Positions 1 to 9,362 of a stretch of DNA of 56,924 bases are shown piece after piece; the first letter of the stretch is position 1, and each line of letters opens with the position of its first letter. A model generated the notes under the pieces. The model was not told where the DNA came from. It worked only from the letters and a program-made list of their open reading frames with translations, and searched no databases. Origin of the DNA: a virus. Taxonomy: Duplodnaviria; Caudoviricetes. The position numbers were made by a program, and so were the translations under genes. The stretch lies in the IMG/VR virus record IMGVR_UViG_3300045781_000081, positions 1 through 56,924 of that record, one strand, 5' to 3'.

Positions 1-136
1 TGTAGACGGGCACTGCGTCGATGCTGCCCCCATCATCCGGTGGATGATCGGTATGACTGACCAGGAAATTTTACAGACCAAAGCGGCAATGTGGAAAATT
101 ACAATGATACTGTGAGAGGGGGGGGGGAGTCATGGG
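1..136. repeat. Terminal direct repeat, left copy (circular overlap)
   Basis: Identical to 56790-56924 except a G10 versus G9 homopolymer. Confidence 0.97.
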
Positions 137-224
137 TTACGTCGTGTGTTTGTTCGTCGGTGCGAGTCTCGGCGTTCTCTTAATGTGCTTACTACAAATG
201 GCGAAAAGCAATGATAATGCGTGA
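132..224 (+). CDS. Small membrane peptide (DUF3789-like)
   Basis: MGYVVCLFVGASLGVLLMCLLQMAKSNDNA, read by hand; G-rich RBS. Confidence 0.45.
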   Translation: MGYVVCLFVGASLGVLLMCLLQMAKSNDNA

Positions 225-423
225 ACTGGCAGAGGATTACACTGATCCACCGACTGAATATCGGCGGGTCAACAGTTCATGCCCGTTCTGTAACGCTGAA
301 CCTTGGCACCGGACGACCGACATGATCCTGTATCGCTGCGGGACTATTGGTTGTCATGTTACGGGTAATCACACTAAAGGCGGCTGCTTGTCGCCGGCAT
401 TAATTCAATGGGGACCGCTATGA
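211..423 (+). CDS. Hypothetical protein with CxxC
   Basis: CPFC motif; ATGA overlap with next gene. Confidence 0.55.
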   Translation: MIMRELAEDYTDPPTEYRRVNSSCPFCNAEPWHRTTDMILYRCGTIGCHVTGNHTKGGCLSPALIQWGPL

Positions 424-683
424 CCAACAGAGGTAACGACTGGCAGGATTTTTCAGACGGTGTACTGAACCACATCGAGACTTACACCGTCCCGCAGTAC
501 GGTGACGCACCCAACGACCATGTGAGCACCTATACCGCCGCCGAGTGCGTGCGCCAGGCGGAAAAGTACCTCAAGCGGTTCGGCAAAACGTCCCGCGTCG
601 GTGAGGAATGCTTGGACATGATGAAAGCGGCGCACTTCATCCAGATTGCTATGACCAAGATGCAGGGGGAGGTGGCCCGTTGA
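420..683 (+). CDS. Hypothetical all-alpha protein (DUF3310-like C-terminus)
   Basis: KYLKRFGK...LDMMKAAHF pattern; coupled to neighbours. Confidence 0.55.
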   Translation: MTNRGNDWQDFSDGVLNHIETYTVPQYGDAPNDHVSTYTAAECVRQAEKYLKRFGKTSRVGEECLDMMKAAHFIQIAMTKMQGEVAR

Positions 684-1267
684 TCCCTCAGTCTGAATTT
701 AACTTGGCACTCGCCGTGGTGCTGCACGCGATACCTGACGAAAAGCCGTCCATGCCGGCGATTTGCTCGCTGCTTATGGAGTTCACCAGCGACCGCGAGA
801 TGCGCCTGATCGGTACGGACGGTGAGGTGATCGTGGTGTGCTGCCTGGAACTGGAGCACTTGGTGCCCGCCGGGGCGGTGTTCCGTATCGACAAGGAGGA
901 CACCGGGCGGCTCGTTGCGGACTTTCCGGCAGACAGCACGGAACGCATCACTCTTTGCATTTTTGGCGAGACGCTGATTGTGACTGCCGGGGCAAAATGT
1001 GCGAGCATGGAGAATCTGCCGGCTGAACCGACTTACCCCAACTATCGCAAGGCAATGACCTATAAACAGTGCCCGTCTGTGGCGCGTCCGTTCGATCTGC
1101 ATTACCTGCATGACGCACTCGCCGCACTCGCGCCGCTGTGCGACCTGGTGAGCGTTGACATCAACGGGTTGCTCGGTCCGGGGTACATCGACGCGGTGAT
1201 ACCGGAGGGACAGTTTGAGTGTTTACGCTCGGTACGTATCGGGATCGACCAGCGCCGGGGGGTATAG
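680..1267 (+). CDS. DNA polymerase III beta-clamp-like protein (short)
   Basis: TTG start after GGAGGTG; RLIGTDG and TYPNYRK match the DnaN ATDG and FPDY motifs; directly upstream of the polymerase. Confidence 0.6.
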   Translation: MIPQSEFNLALAVVLHAIPDEKPSMPAICSLLMEFTSDREMRLIGTDGEVIVVCCLELEHLVPAGAVFRIDKEDTGRLVADFPADSTERITLCIFGETLIVTAGAKCASMENLPAEPTYPNYRKAMTYKQCPSVARPFDLHYLHDALAALAPLCDLVSVDINGLLGPGYIDAVIPEGQFECLRSVRIGIDQRRGV

Positions 1268-3387
1268 TGGCGCTCCCCACCCTAGACTTTGAGACATACA
1301 GCGAAGCCGGCTACGTATGGGACACCGTGGCGAACCGCTGGAAGGGCGTGACCAAGACCGCGCCCGGTATAGCTGCGGTTGGTGCTGCTGCGTATTCCGA
1401 GCACCCGAGCACTCAGGTGCTGTGCCTCGCCTACGATGTTTTAGATGGTATCGGCCCGCGCCTGTGGTTGCCCGGCATGGAGCAACCTACCCGGCTCTTT
1501 AACCACATAACAGCGGGTGGGTTGCTGGAGTCCCACAATTCCGGGTTTGAGTTCCTGATCTGGTACAACGTCTGCCACAAGCGTATGGGTTGGCCCCCTC
1601 TCCCCGTCGCGCAGCAGCGGTGCTCTATGGCAAAAGGGCGAGCGTTCTCCCTACCGGGCAAGCTGGGGGAAGTCGCCAAGATACTCTGTGCGCGGGAACA
1701 GAAAGACCCGCGAGGTGAGGCGCTTATCCGCAAACTCTGCATCCCGCGTAACCCGACGAAAGCGGACCCGTCCACCCGTTGCACCGATCCCGAGTCGTTG
1801 GCGGAATTGTGGTGCTACTGCCTCCAAGACGTAAAAGCCGAAGCGGCTATATCCGAACTGATACCCGATCTGTCGCCCGACGAGCAGGTGCTGTGGCTGC
1901 TGGACCAGCACATAAATCTCAGGGGTGTGGCTATCGACCGCGTGGCGCTGGATAACTGTATTTCAATTGTGCAGCAGGCGACCGAGAAGTACACCTTAGA
2001 GCTACGACAGATTACGAGCGGGGAAGTGCAGTCTGCGGGTGAATTGGCTAAAATAATCCGTTGGCTGTGCGCGAACGGGTGTTACACAGAGAGTCTCGAT
2101 TCCGATCAGGTGGAAGGTCTACTTGGTCGTGAATGGATACCGCCCGCCGCCCGCCGCGTACTGGAAATCCGGTCAAGCCTCGGTGCCGCCAGCGTGAAAA
2201 AACTTTTCGCTATCGAGCGCCGATTGACAGCAGACGGTCGGTTGCATGATCTTTTTGCTTTCTGCGGGGCAGATCGTACCGGGCGTTGGGCGGGTCGTGG
2301 CCCTCAGCCGCAGAACCTGCCAGGGAGCGGACCAAAAACCCGCTACGGTTTGCCGGTGGAATGGGGTATCGAAGTTGTTGAGTCTGCTTTGGTGGACATC
2401 TCCACTCGGCATTTGTCACACGTTGAATCTGTGTGGGGTGATGCCGTGGCGGTCGTTTCCGGCTGTTTGCGCGGTCTATTCTCCGCAGCTCCGGGGCATG
2501 ACCTGATCTGCTCGGACTACTCCGCTATCGAGGCGGTGGTGCTTGCTGAGTTGGCGGGGGAGACATGGCGACAAGAGGTATTTCGGACGCACGGCAAAAT
2601 TTATGAAATGTCGGCCAGCAAGATAAGCGGGGTGCCGTTTGAAGAATTCGCACGGCATAAAGCCGAGACGGGGCAGCATCACCCGCTGCGAAAAAAAATC
2701 GGTAAAGTAGCTGAGTTGGCGAGCGGGTATGGTGGTGGGTTGGGTGCGTGGAAAGCGTTTGGTGCGGACGACTTTATGACCGACGACGAAATACAGCTCA
2801 ACGTGCGAGCGTGGCGGGTAGCAAGTCCCGCCATAGCAGCACAACGTGATCACACTAACAACCTCCCGCCGGGGTTCTGGTACGGATTGCAGGAGGCTGC
2901 GCTGTCCGCTATCCAGTTCCCCGGTTATCGGTATAGTTTCCGCGACATCAGCTACTATGTGCTCAACGACATAATGTACTGCCTGCTGCCGTCCGGTCGC
3001 ACGCTGACCTACCACGCACCCCGGATGGAATACAAAGTCATGCCGTGGGGCGCGACAACGGTCTGCATCACCTATTCCGGGTGGAACAGTAACTACCTCA
3101 ACGGACCTATCGGTTGGATGAGGCTTGAAACCTACGGACCAAAACTGACGGAGAACGTGGTGCAGGCGGTGGCGCGGGACTTACTGGCGTTCGGTATGAA
3201 GGGTCTGGACGCGGCGGGGTATGGCATTGTGCTGCACGTTCACGACGAGGTGGTGGTGGAAGTACCGGAGGGTTGGGGGTCTGTTGAGGAAGTAGAAAGC
3301 ATTATGGCGACGATGCCCCTTTGGGCGAATGGGTGGCCTGTGAAAGCTGCGGGGGGCTGGCGGGGGAAGCGGTATCGCAAGGGATGA
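1267..3387 (+). CDS. polA: Family A DNA polymerase with 3'-5' exonuclease domain
   Basis: LDFETYS exonuclease motif, TGRWAGRGPQPQNLP, motif A DYSAIE, motif B KVAELASGYGGG, motif C HVHDE. Confidence 0.96.
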   Translation: MALPTLDFETYSEAGYVWDTVANRWKGVTKTAPGIAAVGAAAYSEHPSTQVLCLAYDVLDGIGPRLWLPGMEQPTRLFNHITAGGLLESHNSGFEFLIWYNVCHKRMGWPPLPVAQQRCSMAKGRAFSLPGKLGEVAKILCAREQKDPRGEALIRKLCIPRNPTKADPSTRCTDPESLAELWCYCLQDVKAEAAISELIPDLSPDEQVLWLLDQHINLRGVAIDRVALDNCISIVQQATEKYTLELRQITSGEVQSAGELAKIIRWLCANGCYTESLDSDQVEGLLGREWIPPAARRVLEIRSSLGAASVKKLFAIERRLTADGRLHDLFAFCGADRTGRWAGRGPQPQNLPGSGPKTRYGLPVEWGIEVVESALVDISTRHLSHVESVWGDAVAVVSGCLRGLFSAAPGHDLICSDYSAIEAVVLAELAGETWRQEVFRTHGKIYEMSASKISGVPFEEFARHKAETGQHHPLRKKIGKVAELASGYGGGLGAWKAFGADDFMTDDEIQLNVRAWRVASPAIAAQRDHTNNLPPGFWYGLQEAALSAIQFPGYRYSFRDISYYVLNDIMYCLLPSGRTLTYHAPRMEYKVMPWGATTVCITYSGWNSNYLNGPIGWMRLETYGPKLTENVVQAVARDLLAFGMKGLDAAGYGIVLHVHDEVVVEVPEGWGSVEEVESIMATMPLWANGWPVKAAGGWRGKRYRKG

Positions 3388-3397
3388 CTTTTTTTTG

Positions 3398-3751
3398 CTA
3401 GGGACCGTTTGACCCGCTTGATACCGGAAAGTCACCGTTACCGTGCGCACGCGCCATGAGTCGTACCACGTCGTCATGCAGACGACTTAACTCTGAACTG
3501 ATCCGCAGTATTTCGGCGGTGTCCTTCTTGTCGATCCCCTCGCACGCGCCACATTTGGTTTCGACGGCGGTCAGGCGTTCCCGAATCAGAATGAATGTTT
3601 CCTGACCATTATCGAGCTGTTCCTGCTGCCCTTCACGATCCTTGTTGAGCCGGTTATAGAGCACGCCGACAAGCGCCATGATAACAGTCGAGCACCCACC
3701 TATGACGGCGTAAAGTTGGGTGGTGTCACTCTGCACTGGTTGTGTTGCCAC
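3398..3751 (-). CDS. Membrane-anchored coiled-coil protein in the lysis cassette
   Basis: One N-terminal TM segment followed by a heptad-rich region. Confidence 0.6.
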   Translation of the reverse strand: MATQPVQSDTTQLYAVIGGCSTVIMALVGVLYNRLNKDREGQQEQLDNGQETFILIRERLTAVETKCGACEGIDKKDTAEILRISSELSRLHDDVVRLMARAHGNGDFPVSSGSNGP

Positions 3752-3881
3752 GTTGACTCCTTCTAAGTCGGCGTTTCCTACAGTCTCTCAATATTTTATA
3801 AAATTGAATAACAGACCACGTTAACAAAGCCGTTGAGATGATTGCACAAAGCATGATCACATGCAAGAAAATATCTGTCAT
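3726..3881 (-). CDS. Small single-TM protein
   Basis: MTDIFLHVIMLCAIISTALLTWSVIQF followed by a basic tail. Confidence 0.45.
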   Translation of the reverse strand: MTDIFLHVIMLCAIISTALLTWSVIQFYKILRDCRKRRLRRSQRGNTTSAE

Positions 3882-3942
3882 GGTGGTGGCCCCTATATAC
3901 AAAAAGACCCGGCAGCGGGGTAAGCCGACTGCCGGGTGGGTG

Positions 3943-4455
3943 TTACGGTTTGATGTAAGCCAACGATTCGCAAAAGTAGAGGAAGTCGCCTGGCGCGGCG
4001 CATCCAGGTGTGACATAGCCGGCAATCTGCCAACGATGCTGTGCGAAAAGTGAGCACACCTCATGTGGGGTGTCGTAGGTTTTCCCGGTAAGACCGGACA
4101 ACCAGACGGCGAACAGTTCCGGGTATCCGTACTTGCGGCGCTCCGGGTCGTTGTACTCGGCAAGACTACCAAGAATCGCCGCGCCACCTTGGCGCACCTG
4201 GTCCGGTGCACGGCCGAAGAACACCTTGTCGGTGGGTCGGCCTGCGAACCAATCGTCAATGGTCATGGACTGGTAACCGACACCCTCCACCATTTCGCAG
4301 ACCAGCAACGCGTCGGGGGCGGGGCGCGCCAGCAAGGCGATATGACAGAATGGAGAGCGGGTAGCCTCTTCGATCCCGCGCTGCACCAAGTCGGTACCGT
4401 GAACTACCAGCAGGTCGCCGGTCTGTGCCAGCGCCTTGACGTAGGACAGGTTCAC
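3943..4455 (-). CDS. Permuted papain-like amidase (YiiX/YaeF, NlpC/P60 superfamily)
   Basis: GDLLVV, SPFCHIAL (His first), VCS (Cys later). Confidence 0.8.
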   Translation of the reverse strand: MNLSYVKALAQTGDLLVVHGTDLVQRGIEEATRSPFCHIALLARPAPDALLVCEMVEGVGYQSMTIDDWFAGRPTDKVFFGRAPDQVRQGGAAILGSLAEYNDPERRKYGYPELFAVWLSGLTGKTYDTPHEVCSLFAQHRWQIAGYVTPGCAAPGDFLYFCESLAYIKP

Positions 4456-4458
4456 GGG

Positions 4459-4683
4459 TTACTCCGCAGGTGCAGCGGTGAATGCGGTCAGCAGGTCGCT
4501 GTTGAACTTGGTGAACGCGGCGATGGCGGCAATGTCGGCCTGAACGTCGGTGCCCTTGGTGAGTACGGCGGCACCCATCTTAACGATGGTGTCAACGGCG
4601 TCCATGGGTGCCGGGCCAGTAAGGGCATTTTTGATACCCTGGTTGACATTGGTGGCGAGCTGGAGCAGTTCGGTTCTGTTCAT
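4459..4683 (-). CDS. Hypothetical protein
   Basis: GGAG RBS; tight packing in the lysis cassette. Confidence 0.6.
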   Translation of the reverse strand: MNRTELLQLATNVNQGIKNALTGPAPMDAVDTIVKMGAAVLTKGTDVQADIAAIAAFTKFNSDLLTAFTAAPAE

Positions 4684-4687
4684 GGTT

Positions 4688-4963
4688 CTAATCTCCTTTT
4701 AATTGTGCCGCCAAGTCGTCGTTGAACTTCTTGAGTGCGGCTGCTGTGGGATCAAGCGGGGTAACGGTGGCCGTCGCGCCGGGTACCTTGGGAGCCACCA
4801 GCACGCCGCCGAGCGTGCCGAGAGCTGTTGCACCAATACCGAGGCACACAGCCCCGGCCATTGGGTCTTTCATGACGATGATCAGCGCGGTCCCGCAAAT
4901 GATGCCGAGGGCACCAAGGGCGATTGCTCCAGCTGCTATTACTGCCATAAAATGCTTATCCAT
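4688..4963 (-). CDS. Putative holin
   Basis: Two TM segments; immediately downstream of the endolysin. Confidence 0.6.
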   Translation of the reverse strand: MDKHFMAVIAAGAIALGALGIICGTALIIVMKDPMAGAVCLGIGATALGTLGGVLVAPKVPGATATVTPLDPTAAALKKFNDDLAAQLKGD

Positions 4964-5067
4964 TCTTTCCTTCCTCCCTTTTCGGTGGCTCCGCCCCCGG
5001 CCAGCGCCACCCTCTCTGCCGCTATCCTCTCCCGCATGGTCATATCAAGGCTCTCCTTTATTCAGTC

Positions 5068-5631
5068 CTATACCACTGACTGTTCCAGCGCGTCAAGAAT
5101 TTTGACAGCATAACCGGCGATTCGGTCAGCACAGTCGGTCCCGTTGATGATACGCCGGGCATTGAGAAAGTCACATTTCTCCCCGGAAATATAGTGCGCG
5201 AGGCCGACGCCGGTAAACGATCCGTTTCTCATGCCGTAGGACATGATGCGATAGGCGATTGCCGGTTCCATGGCAAGGTCGGGTTGACGGTAGAGGTCCA
5301 CGCCGCAGACCTCCCCCATGGTTTTGAAATTTCCTGCCCACGTTAACTGGACAAACCCGCGTCCGTAGTACCGCTCCCCGCTCACCGGGTCCGGTTGACC
5401 GTAGGGGTGTCCGGCACCCTTGCCGTCTTCCGCAACCGGCTCGTAGGTGCCCCCGGTTTCATGCAGGGTTGTTGCCAGCATGTAGGCCGCGTGCCGTAGG
5501 TCGGTCACGGCAGCGTCGGCCTCCAGGAAGCCGAGCAACGCGAGCAGACCGGTCTGCGCCGCCGGGGTGAGAGTGCCGAATTCGGCCTGCTCGTAGATGA
5601 AAAGAAACTTGTCACGGTTGATCTCTTGCAT
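5068..5631 (-). CDS. Endolysin, glycoside hydrolase family 19
   Basis: AYMLATTLHETGG, YYGRGFVQLTW, ARRIING. Confidence 0.92.
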   Translation of the reverse strand: MQEINRDKFLFIYEQAEFGTLTPAAQTGLLALLGFLEADAAVTDLRHAAYMLATTLHETGGTYEPVAEDGKGAGHPYGQPDPVSGERYYGRGFVQLTWAGNFKTMGEVCGVDLYRQPDLAMEPAIAYRIMSYGMRNGSFTGVGLAHYISGEKCDFLNARRIINGTDCADRIAGYAVKILDALEQSVV

Positions 5632-5700
5632 GTGTGATTACCTTTATAATTGACTACCGACTGTTGCAGCAATCTATCTCTGTCCACTTAATTCTCCCCT

Positions 5701-7314
5701 TTAGTTGAGCAGTAACCATCCTGCCGAGTTAATCGTGTTTTTCGCTTTATACCACTTGCTGTTTGTGGTGTCCAAATACTCCTCACCGATATAGTCTGGA
5801 GTACTCCCTGGCGCACCTACCCCGCTGCGGGGGCTGTTATTAATCAGTATCCAGTCTGCAACAGTGGAATTGAACTGAGCGCGATACCATCTCCCAAGAA
5901 CTATGTCCCAGTACATGCACCCCTCATAAGGCGGTGCGGCTGAGGGTTTGACAGACGCTGTTATAGTCCCAGGGTTAGCGAATCTGACCATAGTTCCATC
6001 GGCTCCAATTAGTTGCTTGTAGTACGTAGGTGTAGTCGTGGGGTCTGTAAGCTGGCTCATAACTGAAGAATCTTGTTGGACGATACCCCCAAAATCGACA
6101 TAGGCGTAGGTTCCGTCTATGTCAAAATAGTTTGCCCCTATTTCAAGCCCCGATATTTGCTTGGTTCTGGTATTGGTATATGAAAATTGGATAGGGGCCG
6201 TGGCATTTGCCCCAGTATCAGCAGTTTTCATGCTTAGGTAATTTCCTGATATTTTCAGGCCGGCAACATAATGCACTATATTCGGGCCTGATGCTTCGTA
6301 GTCTGTCTTTCCTCGGATGTGACCGTATCCGTTAATCTCAAAATAATTATTCAAGATAGTACACATCGACATACTGGAATCTGTCGTGGTCATTCCGTCG
6401 CCGGTTAATAAAACACCAGACCCGGCGTTGCCCTGTATCACATTGTTATTGATGTTAAGATTATTGGCCCATACCTCAACACCGTGGCCACCGTTATTTT
6501 GAATATGGCTATTTGTAATATTGACGGAGTTTAACTGTTTCGTTGTTTCAGTTTTACCGTAAATACCTGACAACGTGCTGCCGTTGATATAGCAGTTATC
6601 TATATTTATGACTGATGTATTTACGCCCCCACCAAGAACAAGCCCATATGAACCTGCGTTGACTATATTTACCCTGTTGATTGTGTGTACCCCACCATCA
6701 CCATTTATTGATAGTGCATTCCCCGAGGTGGAAGTGCGCGCCGTGTTCGTATTGCCGACCAGAATTAGGTCCTCCATGACAAATGACGTAGCAGTCACGG
6801 ATATACCTGTGCTGGCACTCATGTTTCGCAGGGCCGTCCATGCGAGATCGGCCCCGATTCCAGGACCTTTGATCGTGAGGGACTCGCTGACCGTCAGGGC
6901 GTTATGCCGATAGACTCCAGGACTGACGTGGAGCAGTCCGGTTCCCGCCGTGTTTATGGCTGCCTGGATCTTCACCGTGTTGGCTGCTTCGCTCCCCACC
7001 GTATCCCCACCGTCCGGCGCAAACCAATCCAGCCAAACCTCAAGCAATCCGGTAATGGCGCCGGAGCCAGAGTACGAAATCGAGCCACCTTTTTTAACCT
7101 CCAGCTTCCTATCTGCCGGCCATGCGATGACGGTACTCACGACTTGAGGGGTTGTGACTATGATGGTTTTGCCTGCACATTGCACATCCGTTGCCGCAAC
7201 TGCCAGCGTTGTTTTAGCGGTGTAGGTTCCGTTGCTGGAAGAAACCAGCACGGCTGCATCTACATTCACAGCCAAACTGCACAGGAGTAGGATCAAAAAC
7301 AAAAACTTTTTCAT
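5701..7314 (-). CDS. Tailspike/depolymerase, right-handed beta-helix, with N-terminal signal peptide
   Basis: IQAAINTA...PGVY start of the beta-helix; Asn-rich repeats; MKKFLFLILLLCSLAVNVDA leader. Confidence 0.8.
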   Translation of the reverse strand: MKKFLFLILLLCSLAVNVDAAVLVSSSNGTYTAKTTLAVAATDVQCAGKTIIVTTPQVVSTVIAWPADRKLEVKKGGSISYSGSGAITGLLEVWLDWFAPDGGDTVGSEAANTVKIQAAINTAGTGLLHVSPGVYRHNALTVSESLTIKGPGIGADLAWTALRNMSASTGISVTATSFVMEDLILVGNTNTARTSTSGNALSINGDGGVHTINRVNIVNAGSYGLVLGGGVNTSVINIDNCYINGSTLSGIYGKTETTKQLNSVNITNSHIQNNGGHGVEVWANNLNINNNVIQGNAGSGVLLTGDGMTTTDSSMSMCTILNNYFEINGYGHIRGKTDYEASGPNIVHYVAGLKISGNYLSMKTADTGANATAPIQFSYTNTRTKQISGLEIGANYFDIDGTYAYVDFGGIVQQDSSVMSQLTDPTTTPTYYKQLIGADGTMVRFANPGTITASVKPSAAPPYEGCMYWDIVLGRWYRAQFNSTVADWILINNSPRSGVGAPGSTPDYIGEEYLDTTNSKWYKAKNTINSAGWLLLN

Positions 7315-7326
7315 GCTGGATCTCCG

Positions 7327-8190
7327 TTAAAATGGATCATTGGTGTTATATTGGAACGATAAGATTACCCAGTTACTTGTTGTCCATGATGGTGCCCATG
7401 CAAGGTTGATATACACGTATCCGCCAACACCAGTGTTAAGCATTGCGCCAGTTGCCAGGTTCACGCCTGTGATTGCTTCATTGCTAGCGTTGTTGTACGG
7501 TAGACTGAAATACGTGCTATTCCCAGCAGCAGAAGTTGACCCCGTTGACTGAATAGCCAGAGTGCAGCAGACCCTGCGTCCAATCCTTGTATATGTTCCC
7601 GTGTACGTTGGAGTCCCGACAACGGTTAAATTGGTCGGCGTTGGTGTCCAGGTCCCTTCCTTGTAACCAGTGAGCGGAGTTGTCCCGGCAATGGTTACCG
7701 AGGTGGTAATGTTAGGAGTTATGATGGTTGGGCTGGTATCCATGACAAACTTGTTGCCGGTGCCGGTCTGACTTGCCACGGTTGCCGCTGCCGTCACGTT
7801 CCCGCTGCCGTCAAAGCCGGGCGATGTCCAGGTGATGGGGCCGGTGATCCCGATAGTCCTAGCAGTCTGCAACTTTGTCGCGGTGGCCACATTTCCAGCA
7901 GGTTGAACGGCCGTCGATAGCGAGGTATGATCTGCCGCTGTCAGCGCTCCAGGTTGGCTATTTGTGGCCGCCTGCAGGCTGAGTACCTGTCCGGCAAGGG
8001 ATAAGCCGTTGGCGGTGCCGATGATGACGTTTTTATGATTTGACGTGTAGGCGCTGAATCCGGTTATGTCGCCCGGGACCGTGCCCACCACCACCATGTC
8101 GGGCTTGCCGGTCTGTGGATTGTTTTTGTAGCCGTAGGTGAACCCGCACAACAGCATCGTTGCAAGAAATAGAAAAGTTGATTGTCTCAT
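7327..8190 (-). CDS. Tail fibre protein with hydrophobic N-terminal leader
   Basis: ATATKLQTARTI and YKEGTWTP...GTYTRIGRRV fibre motifs. Confidence 0.8.
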   Translation of the reverse strand: MRQSTFLFLATMLLCGFTYGYKNNPQTGKPDMVVVGTVPGDITGFSAYTSNHKNVIIGTANGLSLAGQVLSLQAATNSQPGALTAADHTSLSTAVQPAGNVATATKLQTARTIGITGPITWTSPGFDGSGNVTAAATVASQTGTGNKFVMDTSPTIITPNITTSVTIAGTTPLTGYKEGTWTPTPTNLTVVGTPTYTGTYTRIGRRVCCTLAIQSTGSTSAAGNSTYFSLPYNNASNEAITGVNLATGAMLNTGVGGYVYINLAWAPSWTTSNWVILSFQYNTNDPF

Positions 8191-8194
8191 AATT

Positions 8195-8770
8195 TTACTC
8201 CACATACCAAGTTGATCCGTTAAGAATTAAGTGGACACACTCACCTTGTAACGATAGCGGATCAAGTGGTACGGTGCGCGGTGTAGTATCTGTAATTGTA
8301 ATTACGTTAACAGTCGCATCGGTTTTACAAAGTCTAACGTCATTGCTCCCGTTGAGATTGTATACAATAGAGCCGGTTGTCGCGTCAAGAAATAATTGCA
8401 GACCATTTGATCCTGCTCCACTGGACGATATATTGTCCTGAGTGTATATCAAACTGGAAGCTGAATCGTAAACTGCGATTTTATAAAATCCCGTGATCCA
8501 AATTGACCCTCGACCCGCCGAGTCAAGGACCACCGGATTAGCATTTGGAGTTACACCCGTCGAGTCGGTGTAACTTGACTTGAGTGTCACACTACCCGGA
8601 CCACAAGATGTACCGGGTTGACAGGTGTAAATTTTGCCGCCGGACAAAGGTAGTCCTTGGTTGCTGAAAAATTGCAACTTTGGCATCGGCATAATATTAG
8701 TCTGCGCAGCCTGAGTTGGTGCGACAGAGACGATAAACAGAATGAGAGCGAAGAGAGTGCGGGTTAACAT
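8195..8770 (-). CDS. Tailspike head-binding/adaptor domain protein with signal peptide
   Basis: PKLQFF..G.PLSGGKIYT...NPVVLDSAGRG is typical of podovirus tailspike N-domains; MLTRTLFALILFIVSVAPTQA leader. Confidence 0.8.
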   Translation of the reverse strand: MLTRTLFALILFIVSVAPTQAAQTNIMPMPKLQFFSNQGLPLSGGKIYTCQPGTSCGPGSVTLKSSYTDSTGVTPNANPVVLDSAGRGSIWITGFYKIAVYDSASSLIYTQDNISSSGAGSNGLQLFLDATTGSIVYNLNGSNDVRLCKTDATVNVITITDTTPRTVPLDPLSLQGECVHLILNGSTWYVE

Positions 8771-9135
8771 GTGGTTACCTCATTGATAGCGGTTTCATAG
8801 GTCACCCAGTCGCAGCCGGTCAGGACGATAAAAAGCCGCTCCAGCACGTCGGCCTCCATATGAGTTTTGTGGTAGGGCGCATCCGGTAACAGGCCGGGGT
8901 CGTCGTGATCCAGATGCGCCAGGTCGAATTCGTCAACCAGAGCGTCGGCGATACCGAGCTGGTCATTGCGGAATTTTTCATGCAGTTCGTGCAGCAGGAT
9001 CGCCATGCTGTGCGCCGGGTTGGGCATGACGGTGATCTGGAACACCGTAGCGTTCGGGGTGTCGAAATAGTCGCCCACCTGACCCGGTATTCGTTGCTCT
9101 GACTGTGATATGAAGTCGATAATGATTCGTTTCAT
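8764..9135 (-). CDS. Putative zincin-like metalloprotein
   Basis: HELHE on a helix after beta-strands; distal PYHKTH..A...E. Confidence 0.55.
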   Translation of the reverse strand: MKRIIIDFISQSEQRIPGQVGDYFDTPNATVFQITVMPNPAHSMAILLHELHEKFRNDQLGIADALVDEFDLAHLDHDDPGLLPDAPYHKTHMEADVLERLFIVLTGCDWVTYETAINEVTTC

Positions 9136-9362
9136 GTGGTCACATCCCCCTCGGCAACATATCCTTTAAACCAAATTTTATGTAGCAGTACCCGCCAACC
9201 TGTCAATTTACGGTCCGGTTGCCAATGTGTGACTTTGCCTTGCGGTGACTCATGCAAAAAATGCGGTATCAAGCGGCATTGAGAGCAGCGTCGTACTTTG
9301 AGATAACCACCATGTTTGCACCACATTACCAGTGCGTAAACTATGCAGTTACACCTCCGCAT
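9132..9362 (-). CDS. Hypothetical phage protein
   Basis: NC..YAL..W...GGYLKVRR...PHFLH pattern; overlaps both neighbours. Confidence 0.6.
   Translation of the reverse strand: MRRCNCIVYALVMWCKHGGYLKVRRCSQCRLIPHFLHESPQGKVTHWQPDRKLTGWRVLLHKIWFKGYVAEGDVTT

Noticed and set aside
118-127. G10 versus G9 tract as phase variation
   Set aside because: Intergenic and within the assembly overlap; a homopolymer error is equally likely without reads.
5701-8770. Diversity-generating retroelement or invertible tail-fibre switch
   Set aside because: No reverse transcriptase, no TR/VR pair and no inverted fibre cassettes seen.
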